In this document: positions 27,440-39,380 of the stretch, in pieces
Position numbering within the stretch: position 1 is the first letter of the stretch
How the letters are laid out: each line of letters opens with the position of its first letter
Source of the DNA: Octopus sinensis
Lineage: Eukaryota
DNA length: 64,000 nt
Assembly (NCBI RefSeq): GCF_006345805.1
Contig: NC_043007.1
Coordinates: forward strand, 37,324,001 to 37,388,000
Reading direction: 5' to 3'
The notes under the pieces: generated by a model
Seen by the model: the letters and a program-made list of their open reading frames with translations, nothing else
Told to the model about the DNA's origin: nothing
The model's database searches: none
Program-made: the position numbers and the translations under genes

Positions 27440-28030
27440 GACAATGTCATCATTTACTCAACAAACACTTTCTCCTCAGGAGATACTTTTATTTATTTCA
27501 AAGAAACACAAAACTCTAATCTTCAGTGTAAAATCCTCTGACTTCAGTGCACTTCCTGAAGCACTCCAACCACTTTGGGAAGGCCCCATGGAAGTTCTCC
27601 AAAGTGAAGGTGTCCAGGACCCTTGTCACAGCCTTCATCTTTTCAGTGGCTTCAAAACGACTACCCTCGATGTTCTCCTTCAACTTGGGCAACTACCAAC
27701 AGTCATAGGGAACAACCAAGGGTGAGATGCAGTTTTGATGCCCATCTATCAAGTAGTTGGTTACCATGATGGAATTATGAACAGGCATAGGTGCTCAGGC
27801 CTGTTGTGATAAAATCTCTTCCTGAACTACCTGAAAACCTCTACAAAACACTCTTCATTGACTGTCTATCCAGAGGGAAACCAGTGGATGTAGACGATGC
27901 TCATACTGTGGAAAAAGGGGATCATTATGAGCTTTGAGTAGATTTACTTTGCTTAACTTCTTGTGCCAGTGAATAAAGATGCTCATCTCATACAAGTTAA
28001 TCCATAAGAAGTCTGGAACATTTCATAAGT
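27440..28030 (-). pseudogene. mariner transposase C-terminal fossil
   Basis: Minus strand PYDCW*LPKLKENIEGSRFEATEKMKAVTRVLDTFTLENFHGAFPKWLECFRKCTEV matches the mariner PCDFWLFPKLK...G.RF...F..W..R..KC pattern. Confidence 0.8.
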
Positions 28031-28254
28031 TTTTGTAACATTTTTGCCTTGTTTAACCCAAATCTTTATTACACGGTGAACTTCCAAATTATCTTTACAT
28101 TCCAGCTGCATTCTGCAAATTAGTCAGGTGTGACAAGCATTGTTTAGTAGGATCTTACAGTGTCCTTCAACCTGGAATAACAAAATTTAGCAGGTCAGCA
28201 TATTAGGTGTATAGTAATAAATCAAAATTACAAGAATCTAGGACAGTTCACAAC

Positions 28255-28257
28255 TCT

Positions 28258-28337
<80 letters not shown>
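28255..28337. repeat. Imperfect (CT)n microsatellite
   Basis: Read directly from the sequence. Confidence 0.95.
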
Positions 28338-28341
<4 letters not shown>

Positions 28342-28543
28342 CAAGATTGTACTTTGTACCATGTTTATTAAAATTAAGATCTTTTTAAGCATGTCGAACA
28401 CCATGGTAAAGAAGATTTGCATTATTTTACTATTTTGTCTTTTTGTTAATGAAGAGTTGAAAGGCAGATGGACGGTGGTATTAAAAAATTTCACTTATCT
28501 TTTTGGTTGGGGAAGAAGAGTGAATAGGGGAACTGGTATCTGT

Positions 28544-28954
28544 GGATCTTTTCAGTTTGAACGGCAGTTTTTTCTAGCGGTGTCATATGAAATTGTCACC
28601 CATAATTATGACCCTATTATCGATCTATTGCATTCCAATGTTTTAGGGTTAGGGGTGGGAGGAAGGGTATCTTTTTTTCTTCACAAATGTAAATAAACCC
28701 AATCTGTTTCTTAAACGAGGGACATATTCATACGGCACAGAATGTTTTTTTTACCTCAATGGACGTAATTGATTGGTTGAAATTGCAGGAATTGAAGAAA
28801 AAAAACAACAAATATCTTACAAACTATAGAATTTTCTCAGTAAAGCCAAGAGAAAGAGATGTTTTATAAACACATTTTACCAGTATACAAAGTTAAAAAT
28901 TTTTTAGTTACCTAGAAATTATGTTAAAAACTGCCGTTCAAACCGAAAAGATCC
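28544..28954. mobile_element. ~410-bp MITE, copy 2, with 8-bp TSD (Merlin-like termini, tentative)
   Basis: GTATCTGT|GGATCTTTTCAGTTTGAACGGCAG...CTGCCGTTCAAACCGAAAAGATCC|GTATCTGT. Confidence 0.9.
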
Positions 28955-30277
28955 GTATCTGTTTGTAGACCACTTCACGATTGATTCTTATACTCCATGG
29001 TACTGTATGTTATGGTTGTTCCATGCATTTATTCATGTAAAATCCACACTGTCAGATCATTGTTTCCAGAGAGATCTGAGAGCATCTGAAGTTCTATGAG
29101 ATCTAATTGGACTGAGTTAGTTGTCTCTTAGTGGTCAAACTTGCAAGATCCTCTTTAGAGAAGCAGAGCTTAAATCTCCAAATCTGTTTTACAACCAAGC
29201 TAAATGTAGGTTCTTGTATAGAACTCCTTCTCTTTCTTTTTTACTCTTTTATTTGTTTCAGTCATTTGACTGTGGCCATGCTGGAGCACTACCTTTAGTC
29301 GAGCAAATCGACCCCAGGACTTATTCTTTGTAAGCCTAGTACTTATTCTATCAGTCTCTTTTGCTGAGCTGCTAAGTTACGGAAATGTAAACACACCAGC
29401 ATCGGTTGTCAAGCGATGTTGGGGGGGGCAAACATATACACATACATATATATGACGGGCTTCTTTCAGTTTCCGTCTACCAGATCCACTCACAAGGCTT
29501 TGGTTGGCCCGAGGCTATAGTAGGAGACATTTGCCCAAGGTGCCACGCAGTGGGAATGAACCCAGAACCATGTGGTTGGTAAGCAAGCTACTTACCACAC
29601 AGCCACTCCTATTGTGTTTTGTGTAATTTTCCTCAGTTCTTTCTACTTTTGGATATATCACTGAGTCTCAAACAAGGCATTGCAAGAGCTTATGTAGGTA
29701 TGCAAGGAATTAAAAAATACACATTTTTGAGCTTTAGAAAATCTGTATTAATCCTTGATCGCCTTGAAAAATGTGTGATTCATTATTTAGTTATTTACTA
29801 TATGACTGATAACACAAAATAGTGGTTCTCTTTATGTTTTTCCCTAATTTTTACTTTTAAGATATGTGTTCTGTTAATATTCCTTGTGAAGTGTGCTTGT
29901 AATTTTATATATCTAATCTGCTGTATGTCACAGTCAAAAACATAGAAGACCACTAGATTAGTGTGCATGGCCTAATGGTTAGGGTGTTGACCGTGTAATC
30001 ATAAGATTTGTGGGTTTGATTCCTAGATTGGGCATCATATTGTGTCTTTGGGCTAGACACTTCATTTCAACTTACTCAAATCTTCTCATTTGAAAATGAG
30101 CATTAGCTGACTGCTGGTATAGCCCTCTCTTTCTTAGTCTACCTCATCCCTAATATTCAAAGACAGGAGGGCTGAGCATGTGTTTATGTCTTGCAACTAC
30201 AAAGGTACCTCAAGTAGTGAAAACTAAATCATACTTATTTGCAGATGATGGCTACGCTCTCTCTCTCTCTCTCTCTC

Positions 30278-30311
<34 letters not shown>

Positions 30312-30312
<1 letters not shown>

Positions 30313-30674
30313 ATAATAAATCTTAGAGCGAGTTATATTACACCTTTTATATTACAAGTTTGATTACACCTTTACGATACTGGAAAAGGGATAAGTATTT
30401 GCTAAGGGAACCTATTTTTCATCGACAACTGTGATTGCCATACCCAGAAACTCGAGTCCGTGTGTATCATAAGTTGAAGACGGGAAGGATGGCTTCCCTT
30501 TGCAAATACTGATAGGGCACAGAAAGTGTGTCTAAAGCCAGCTGGAGGAGGTGTCCTCCTGGGACTACAAACTACAGTAGCATCCACCCTTAGGGGTTAG
30601 CCATATTTAAATGGCAAATATACGTCACAATGTGTTGCAGCTACTGTTTATAACTCGCTCTAAGATTTATTATT
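30312..30674. mobile_element. TIR element with 26-bp perfect inverted ends, followed directly by a partial duplicate (30677-30920)
   Basis: AATAATAAATCTTAGAGCGAGTTATA at 30312-30337 and its exact reverse complement at 30649-30674. Confidence 0.75.
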
Positions 30675-31814
30675 GCTTGATTACACCTTTTCGATATCAG
30701 TGTCTTTACGATACTGGAAAAGGGATAAGTATTTGCTAGGGAACCTACTTTTCATCAACAACTGTGATTGTCACATGCCGATGACGGGTCAATACCCAGA
30801 AACTCGAGTCTGTGTTTATCATAAGTTGAAGACGGGAAGGATGGCTTCCCTTTGCAAATATTGATAGGGCACAGAAAGTGTGTCTAAAGCCAGCTGGAGG
30901 AGGTGTCCTCCTGAGGCTACAATCAATTTTACCAAACTGCTTAGTTACGGGGACATAAACACACCAACATCGGTTTTCAAGCGATGGTGGTGGGGACAAA
31001 CACAGACATAGACACACATACATATATATGTATACGACTGGCTTCTCTTCAGTTTCCGTCTACCAAATCCACTCACGAGGTTTTGGTTGACCCGAGGCTA
31101 TCGTAGAAGACACTTGCCCAAGGTGCCACACACTGGGACTGAACCTGGAACATGTGGTTGGGAAGCAAACTTTTTATCACACAGCCACGCTTGGGCCTGT
31201 TATATATTAACTTTTATTCTTCTTTATATACAAGATTAATTTCAGTTTATTTTTTTTAAAGATCCAAACTGTATAATTAAAAATATCACCTGTCAGATCA
31301 TTACTATTTAATTAGATTCTGAGATTTCAGTTTTAGTTTAGATAAGTTTTGCTTCTTAATTCAAAACCTCAACAAAACTTCACATTTCACTAACATTCCT
31401 GATGAAAGTACAAATATATAGAGCTTCATTTCCTTACTTATATAGCTTTTAAAGCTTCATGGTTAATTAAGTATTCATAAGTAAAAAGAAAAATTTAAAA
31501 AAAATATTTACAGACTGTTTTAAATATATTTTCCTTTAAATACAAGCTGCATCAGAAAACCCTCCCATATTTTATGCTGCCGTTGGTGTGGCACTAGTGA
31601 AGTTAGGCTTATGGTAACAGTGTCATCATGTAGCTTAATGTGTTTTTTTTTTTTGTTGTTATCATTGTGTTTTGAACCTGTTTATAACTATATATTTGTT
31701 GTTAAAACATTTACCAAGAATAGTGAATCTGGCAGGGATTTCTTTTTTATACAACCTGTATAAAGTGACTTCAACTTCAGTGTTTTCTGGTGACAACAGC
31801 ATAACTAATGTTGG

Positions 31815-32193
31815 AAGCACTCCGTCGGTTACGACGACGAGGGTTCCGGTTGATCCGATCAACGGAACAGCCTGCTCGTGAAATTAAAGTGTAAGTGGCT
31901 GAGCACTCCACAGACACGTGTACCCTTAACGTAGTTCTCGGGGATATTCAGCATGACACAGAGAGTGACAAGGCTGGCCCTTTGAAATACAGGTACAACA
32001 GAAACAGGAAGTAAGAGTGAGAGAAAGTTGTGGTGAAAGAGTACAGCAGGGATCTCCACCATCCCCTGCCGAAGCCTCGTGGAGCTTTAGGTGTTTTCGC
32101 TCAATAAACACTCACAATGCCCGGTCTGGGAATCGAAACCGCGATCCTACGACCGCGAGTCCGCTGCCCTAACCACTGGGCCATTGCGCCTCC
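31815..32193 (-). mobile_element. tRNA-derived SINE, M1+T1 (inverted copy of 815-1191)
   Basis: Near-identical reverse complement of 815-1191. Confidence 0.9.
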
Positions 32194-32340
32194 GCATAAC
32201 TAATAATAGACTTATAATTATGTAAGATGATCACAACTTATCCAGTTGTTATTTATTGTTGTCTGGCTGTAGGTCACCCTTGATTTATCAAAGGCATTTT
32301 TGTCATGATCACATTACATAAATATGTCACATTACATAAA

Positions 32341-32592
32341 TAATAAATGTGCACTTTTAAAGCCTACCCAGGCTCATGGGCCCGGTTTCCCGGTTTCAAT
32401 GGCGTATGTGTTCCCCAGCTAGACAGGATCCAGTCCATTGCAGCATTATTCATTTTTGCCAGCTGAGTAGACTGGAGCAACATGAAATGAAGTGTTTTGC
32501 TCCAGAACACAATGTGTTGCCCGGTCCAGGAATCGAAACCACAATCTTACGATCATGATGCTGACACCCTAACCACTAAGCCACGTGCCTCC
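32341..32592 (-). mobile_element. tRNA-derived SINE, middle M2 + tail T2
   Basis: Minus-strand head TGGCTTAGTGGTTAGGG...GGTTTCGATTCC, middle TTGCTCCAGTCTACTCAGCTGG, tail GAAACCGGGAAACCGGGCCCATGAGCC. Confidence 0.8.
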
Positions 32593-33203
32593 ACCATTAT
32601 ATAAATAAGAGTGTCTAAATACTAGTTATTTGTCAGTAGATTGTAAATCTATTTAAGTTATTTACTTTGTCGTGGTTTTATATTTTATAAAAAAAAAAAT
32701 TAAACTGCAAAGATTCATGAATTATGTCAAAACTTTTTAGGATGTAGTAATATACTAGGGGGACCCATGAATATTTCATAGAATTGATAGTAGACCTATT
32801 GAGTTATTCCTGAAAACTTTACCCAAAAAAACTTGAAAGCATAGCCTGTGTTGTGTCTGTATCAAAAGATAGTTGCTCATCTGCTATTCATTGAAAAGTG
32901 AAGGAAATTGGAATACGATGATTACTTAATGCACTTTATATATAGTTTATGCACAATTTTATAGACTTAATTACACAGCGCTCACAAAATAAATATTGTC
33001 TCTTATTTTTCCATTTTGTCCCTAAACAGAAAAAAATTACATTTTAAAATCTACATGGTCACAATTTCATATCTAGAAGAATCATAAGATATATATAATG
33101 GATAATAAAATGAATGGTTTACACCTAGTAGCTTAATAGTCTTGTATATTCAATCTTCCGCTTTTAATTTGCCATATATTTGTATATATATATATATATA
33201 TTT

Positions 33204-33485
33204 GGCACTCCGTCTGTTATGACAAGGGTTCTAGTTGATCCGATAACTGGAACAGCCTGCTCGTGAAATTAACATTCAGGTGTACCTTTAATGTAGTTCT
33301 CAGGGAGATTCAGTGTGACACAGGATATGACAAGGCCGGCCCCTTGAATTACAGGTACAACTCATTTTTGCTAGCTGAGTGGACTGGAGCAACATGAAGG
33401 TGTCTTACTGAGGAACATAGCACACTGCTGGAAATCAAACTCACTACCTTTAAGATCATAAGCTGATTACCCTGACCCCTAAGCT
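33204..33485 (-). mobile_element. Degenerate SINE, middle M2 + tail T1
   Basis: T1 tail (GCACTCCGTC..., GAACAGCCTGCTCGTGAAATT) joined to M2 (CAGCTGAGTGGACTGGAGCAAC-like). Confidence 0.7.
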
Positions 33486-33540
33486 AAAGAAAGATGTTGG
33501 GTTCATACCTCAAAAATAGGTATAATTTTCTTTTTAGTAT

Positions 33541-33905
33541 TTATTACCTCCACCTTAGCGAAGGCAGAGGTATTGTTTTCAGTTGTGTTTGTTTGTTTGT
33601 CTGTGGACAAGATATCTCAAGAACCACTGGATGGAGTCAGATGAAACTTTTAGGGATGTTTGGCCTCATGACTGGCATGAACTGTTTAAATTTTGGGATC
33701 AATCTGGTACTGGACAAGGACTCTGGATTATTTTTCCTGTTTTTTAACTTAATTTTCTAGAGCAGTCAGGTTCATTTTTAGTATTCTCGTTTGTGAGAGC
33801 AGTCGACTTTATTTCAGATATTCTTATTTTAAAAATCATCTCTGGCTAATTGTTGAGAGGACATTGGTGTTGCCTTGAAGGAGGTTTGTGCTCTCTGATG
33901 CTCAT
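33541..33905 (+). mobile_element. Helentron/DINE-1-like non-autonomous element
   Basis: 5' ATTACCTCCACC...GGCAGAGGT hairpin, then GTTTGTTTGTTTGTCTGT, then a 3' GAAGGAGGT sub-terminal repeat. Confidence 0.6.
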
Positions 33906-34499
33906 TTTAATTTTCTTTGGCTTGTATTTATTATGATTTTATACATGTTAGATTTTATGAAATATATATTGTTCTTTTGTAAGATCTGGAATGTGATTTC
34001 AGGGAGATTTTGCTGCTTGTTCTAGTAAATCAAGTGACCACATAGCTGCTCCCTTGTGCTCAAGTATCTTATACTATGAGGGTCACCACACCTTATCTAG
34101 GTGTTTTTTGATTGTATATATTCTCACTGCAGCTTATTCTGTTCACTTTTTATTATTATTATTATTATTATGGTGGCTCATTGTATTTTAATCAGATGGG
34201 GTTTTTTTTTTTTTTGTATTGTCAGTTAATCATAACTTACCTATTAAGGTTATACAGAAAAACTGTAAATATCTCCTCAGCTATAAGGAATTCTAAGGAC
34301 TTGTATTTTTTATGTCACATTTCATGTTTATTACATTCATGCATAAATACTTACACGCTCTAATACAAAATTTAAGAATGTGTGCTTGTGTTGTCATCTT
34401 TTACCCTTTTCATTGTAAATTTCTTGCCAGACAAGTACATCTCTGAAATTATAAATTATGTTTTGACTAATTCCTCTTTGTTTCTTTGTCTCTTTACAG

Positions 34500-34667
34500 T
34501 CCCTTCAAGGAAATTCCATCAGACAAAAGGTCTCACCACTCACAGCATTCGCACCATCCTATGTCCAAGCAGCATTATACTGATTCATGCTCCTCCTCTC
34601 GCTCTCCACCCTCAGTGGCTGGACTCAGTACAGACTGTGAAGATTATGGAGAATTAGTTGTCCTTGG
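34500..34667 (+). CDS. Peli: Pellino E3 ubiquitin ligase, N-terminal exon (first coding exon I can support; possible start ATG at 34561)
   Basis: Acceptor tctttacAG at 34498-34499. Frame reads PFKEIPSDKRSHHSQHSHHPMSKQHYTDSCSSSRSPPSVAGLSTDCEDYGELVVLG. YGELVVLG matches the conserved Pellino YGELIVLG. Phase-2 donor GG|GTAAAA at 34668 joins the next exon in frame (GG+C = Gly). Confidence 0.9.
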
Positions 34668-35527
34668 GTAAAATTAAAAGAAATTTTCTCTATTTTTAAT
34701 GTTTTTAAAATCAGTTTTCATTTACATATTCTTTGTATTAGAGCATCAAATCTGGACCCTGGATGCTCTATACTAAAAGTTGTTACCTATTTTCCCTTCA
34801 CTTTGTCTATACATGCCATCCTAAATGGAAGGTTTTCTTTTTATTTTCATATTTACTCAAATGATCAATTTGATTGTTTTGTAATGGTATGAATGATATT
34901 GATAAGTTTTGTAGCTGAAACAGTGCCAGCTTTCTATCAAGCATTGGCCATCTAAAACATTCATTCAATTTCTATTCCTGTTTTCATTCTAAGGAATCCA
35001 CTTAATAGGATTGTATGACAAATGGATGAGTTTTTTTCTCCCACATATCTTTGTACACAAACTTCGCCAGCACCTCATATTTTTTTACCCCATTGTCCAT
35101 TTAATTTGCTCTATATTATAAACAGGGTCTTTAATTATAATTGTCTCTATCTGAATTAGAATTTAGTTTGTTTCAACCCAACTCACAAAGCCAAACAAGT
35201 TTGACTCCTCTCTGTTTTTACAGTTGCTTAGATTACTAGAAATAATAGCCAAATCTCCCCCAAACCACACCCTACTGTTTTAAGGTAATTCAGTTCCTGA
35301 TATACAAAAATATGGGATGGTCATAGTAGAACTTCTTTTGATCATAGCTAGTACTGGGTTAAATAAGAACAACAATGATTATATTTTGGTGTTTACTTCC
35401 TGCTGCAGAAATCTCCTATTGCATCTCCGTGTTTTGCTGCCTTTTCCTTTCTCTTACTAAATATTAAAACAATAAAGAAAATTGATAATGGGCCTCACTG
35501 TATTGTTTTTGTTGCACAATGTATGTA

Positions 35528-38500
35528 ACTTGTAAAACGGTCTTTTGCCACTGTTGTATCTATCTTTGTACATCCAATGTCGCTCTGACAGATACTGTTA
35601 TATTCCAAAATCGTAGATAGCATGTTTCTCTCTGGCACTGTACAACCAACCTCCAGTCACACAGTGTTATTATCCTCAAAGGGTTGGATTGTTATAACAC
35701 CCACTTGATATCATAGTATAATTACTAGATCAGTACAGACATGACTATCAACACAGTCAAACACATACTCTCATACTCTACGTACTCTCTTGATAGTGGC
35801 CGGTGTCATCTTACTTATAGTGACTGCCTCGTTCCACTTGTCACATAGGAGGGGTGTACCATTATTACTAATTCCCTACAACATCTCCCCTTTTTAGTTT
35901 TTCTTAGGAAGTGTCATTTCCTTTCACTTGTTCGCTTGGGTTTAATCACCTGCAGTGGTGTTGGTACTTGTTGTTCCATGGATTCCTCCTACTTCTTTGG
36001 TTCACTTTCCTCTTTCTCAGTTGGCTCCTATGTCTCTTATGTATGCCTTTTCTACTTTTTACCCAATACATCATTTTACCTATGTATTTGGTAATTTCAC
36101 CCTCTTCTCAGTTCTGCTTTCCATTTTTGTATGTCCTCAAAAACACCTTATCACCAACTTTAAAAAATCTTGCCATGTCTTCTCTGGCACTTTTTCTTTT
36201 CTTGCCAGGTAGCAATTTAACAAAATCTGACTTTACTTTCCTTGCAAACATCAGCTCCACTGGTGAGCTACATGCTGGTGTATTCAGATTTGGTGTTACA
36301 CGGTACATTCTTTAAAATTATTGAAGAGCTACCTCAACTGTGCTTTCCTTATTTGTTTTCCTTGAAGCTTTTTTGAAGGTATCAACAAAGCATTCTCCCT
36401 GTCCATTAGATCTGGGATTATATGGCACAATGTCCTACTGTGAACATTTCCCAAAATCTTAAAAATTTGCTTGACACAAATTGTGTTCCATTGTCAGATA
36501 CTATCGTGCCTAGGATTCCAAATCTTGCAAACAATTGTGAGGTAGTTGCTTTTTTACACTTATCAATTTCAGGCCATTTCAACTATCAACTACCACTAAG
36601 TAGTAAGAACCATTTAAAGGACCTACTACATCGATGTGTAGTCTCAACCACGGTACATCTACTTTTGAACAAGGTTTACTTTTTATGTTGGGCAATTTTT
36701 CATTTTGTTTTGGCTTACATACAAGTGTTTTGTGTTTTACTGCAAATTTTTGTTTCAGTCATTCAGCCTAATTTGAACCTTTGACTGAACCAACTATATT
36801 TCTACACAAAACATAAATTGAATAATTCTTTCCACTCTGTACCAAATAAATTAAGTGAATCATCATCATCATTTAGCGTCCGTTCTCCATGCTAACAAGG
36901 GTTGGACGGTTCAACTGGGGTCTGAAGCTGGAAGGCTTCATCAAGCCCAGTCAGATCTGGCAGTGTTTCTACGGCTGGATGCCCTTCCTAACGCCAACCA
37001 CTCCGTGAGTGTAGTGGGTGCTTTTTACGTGCCACCCGCACAGGTGCCAGACAGAGCTGGCAAACGGCCACGAACGGATGGTGCTTTTACGTGTCACCGG
37101 CACAGGGCCAGGCGAGGCTGGCAACGGACACGAACGGATGGTGCTTTTACGTGTCACCGGCACGGGGCCAGGCGAGGCTGGCAACGGACACGAACGGATG
37201 GTGCTTTTACGTGTCACCAACACAAATGTTACGTTACATATACATTCACCGATAAAATATAATCTTTTCCCTATAACACCATGTACTACCTTTTTAGATT
37301 AATGTTGGTTTACAGAAATATTTCCACATTTTTTGTCTACAATAGTCATGTCACTACTTCTGTTGAACTTCAATTTTACATTTGTATTTTTTATTTTTTG
37401 ACCTGTGCGAATTTTTTTGTTCATTGTATTTCCAATTTCTATCAATGTCCTACTATTTATTCTATCACCTTTTTTTCTGACATTTTATCATCTTCATTCT
37501 ACAGTGCAACTTTATATGTCCTATATTTCCACAATGAAAACACTCCGCTTTTTTAAATGGACAACTTTTCCTCAGATGCATACCACCACATGCAAAACAT
37601 GGGTTTAAATCCTGATGTTTGTCAGTATTTTTTTAGAAAACACTTCATCTCTATTCAGACTATTCCACACTGGTTTTACTTGGTTGCAATCTTTACATTC
37701 AATTTCCTCTCTGTCGTGTCTTAATTTCACATTTTGCAGGGTTACATCCTGGCTTTGCTCCAGATTTGCAAGAATTTTAGTTCTGACTTTTGCGTCCTTT
37801 TTGGCAATTAGTCCCTGTGTAAAAATCAGGCATTTGAACATATCTGGAGTTAATTTGTCCAGCTTAAACTTCTTGCATTCCCTGATTACTCTTACACTAC
37901 CAGCATATGTGATGTAGTCCTCATTACTATTTTTCTCTGTGTTCAGAATTACTGTATCATTCATGTTCTGTTGGTACCAGTTTTCCCAAGATTAAGCGAG
38001 TTTTCATCTCATCATCCCAATCTTTACATTCTTTTTGGAAGATTTAGTCAGGTCTTCTGTAATATGCTTTGAAGGTAACTCCTTCGTCAGGTTTGTATTT
38101 GAATTCAGTTATTGAATTCACAACATAGTCTGGCAAGAATACTTTTTCTGACTTTCCTGATAACTTCAGTAATTCCAGATATTTGTTGCTGTAATATTAT
38201 TTGTTGTTGTTATCAATTTTGTTATTGCTGTTCTTTCAGCTGTCGTTGTTGCTATTTTTGCAACTTGAGCAAATCTGCCACCAAATTTTCCATACTTTTA
38301 AGAGTTTTTTTTTGCTAAATTTGTACACCAACTTTGTGAGTTTATTAACTCCTCTTTGAGCTTCTGTTAACTCCATGTGACTTGGTTTATCCTCATCGCT
38401 ACTGTTGTAAAGCAGTCTTTTGCCACTGTTGTATCTGTCTTTGTATGACCGTTGTTGCTCTGACAGATATTGTTATATTCTGAAGTCATCAATAGGATGT

Positions 38501-38700
38501 TTCTATCTGGCACTGTACGACTCCCAGTCATACAGCATTATCTTATGTGGTATTGTAGCATATTTACTAGATCAGTACAGACATGACTATCAACACGGTC
38601 CAATACAGATTCTTGTACTCTACGTATTCTCTTGATACTGGCCAATATCACCTTACTTGCAGTGACTGTCTCATTCCACTCGTCATGTGGGAGGGGTGTC
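35528..38700 (-). mobile_element. Internally deleted Gypsy LTR retrotransposon (K02A2.6-like) with both LTRs
   Basis: LTRs at ~35528-35883 and 38403-~38700. PPT (GGGGAGA on minus) at 35884-35895. PBS-like GTAGCGATGAGG directly after the 5' LTR. Gag-like FKCLIFTQGL at 37605-37964. Integrase PWLRLHIDVVGPLNGSYYLVVVDS..KWPEI, SDNGTQF and YRVTPN. Confidence 0.85.
36859..37222 (-). mobile_element. RTE-tail element with three ~60-bp tandem units, nested in the Gypsy remnant
   Basis: (ATC)n end; repeated GAACGGATGGTGCTTTTACGTGTCACC at a 60-bp period. Confidence 0.9.
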
Positions 38701-39039
38701 TGTTGTGGCATGGTTTCGACATCTGGATAACCTTTTTAATGTCAACCACTTTACAGAGTGTACTGGGTGCTTTTCGTGTGCCAACAGCACAGGTACATTT
38801 ATGCAGCACTGGCATGAGTGCATTTTATGTGGCATTGACACCTGTAAGTATAGATGGCCGCAGTTTTTACTTAGCTTCACACAGCAAATTGCCACAACTC
38901 CTGGTCCCATATCATTTCTTCAGTGAGAAAGTTCCTTTCTTACCACTTCATCCCACATCTTCTTTGGTTGACCTCTTCCTCAGGTTCTCTCAACATTTAG
39001 AGATCAACACTTCTTTACACAATTGTCCTCGTCCATACA

Positions 39040-39380
39040 TTAGCATGCTGGGTGAAATGCTTAGTGGTATTTCGTCTGCGGTTACATTATTGGTTCAAAT
39101 TCCGCTGAGGTCGACTTTGCCTTTCATCCTTTCGGAGTCGGTTAAATAAGTACCAGTTACGCACTGGGGTCGATATAATCAACTTAATCCATTTGTCTGT
39201 CTTTGTTTGTCTTCTCTGTGTTTAGCCCCTTGTGGGTAGTAAAGAAATAGGTATTTCGTCTGTTTTTATGTTCTGACTTTGCCTTTCATCCTTTCAGGGT
39301 CGATAAATTAAGTACCAGTTGTGTACTAATTGACTGGCCCCCTCCCCCAAAATTTCAGGCCTTGTGCCTAGAATAGAAAA
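39040..39380 (+). mobile_element. Meta-like SINE with a partial second unit
   Basis: GAAATGCTTAGTGGTATTTCGTCTG...GGTTCAAATTCC...GTCGACTTTGCCTTTCATCC, then a restart at GGTATTTCGTCTG. Confidence 0.8.
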
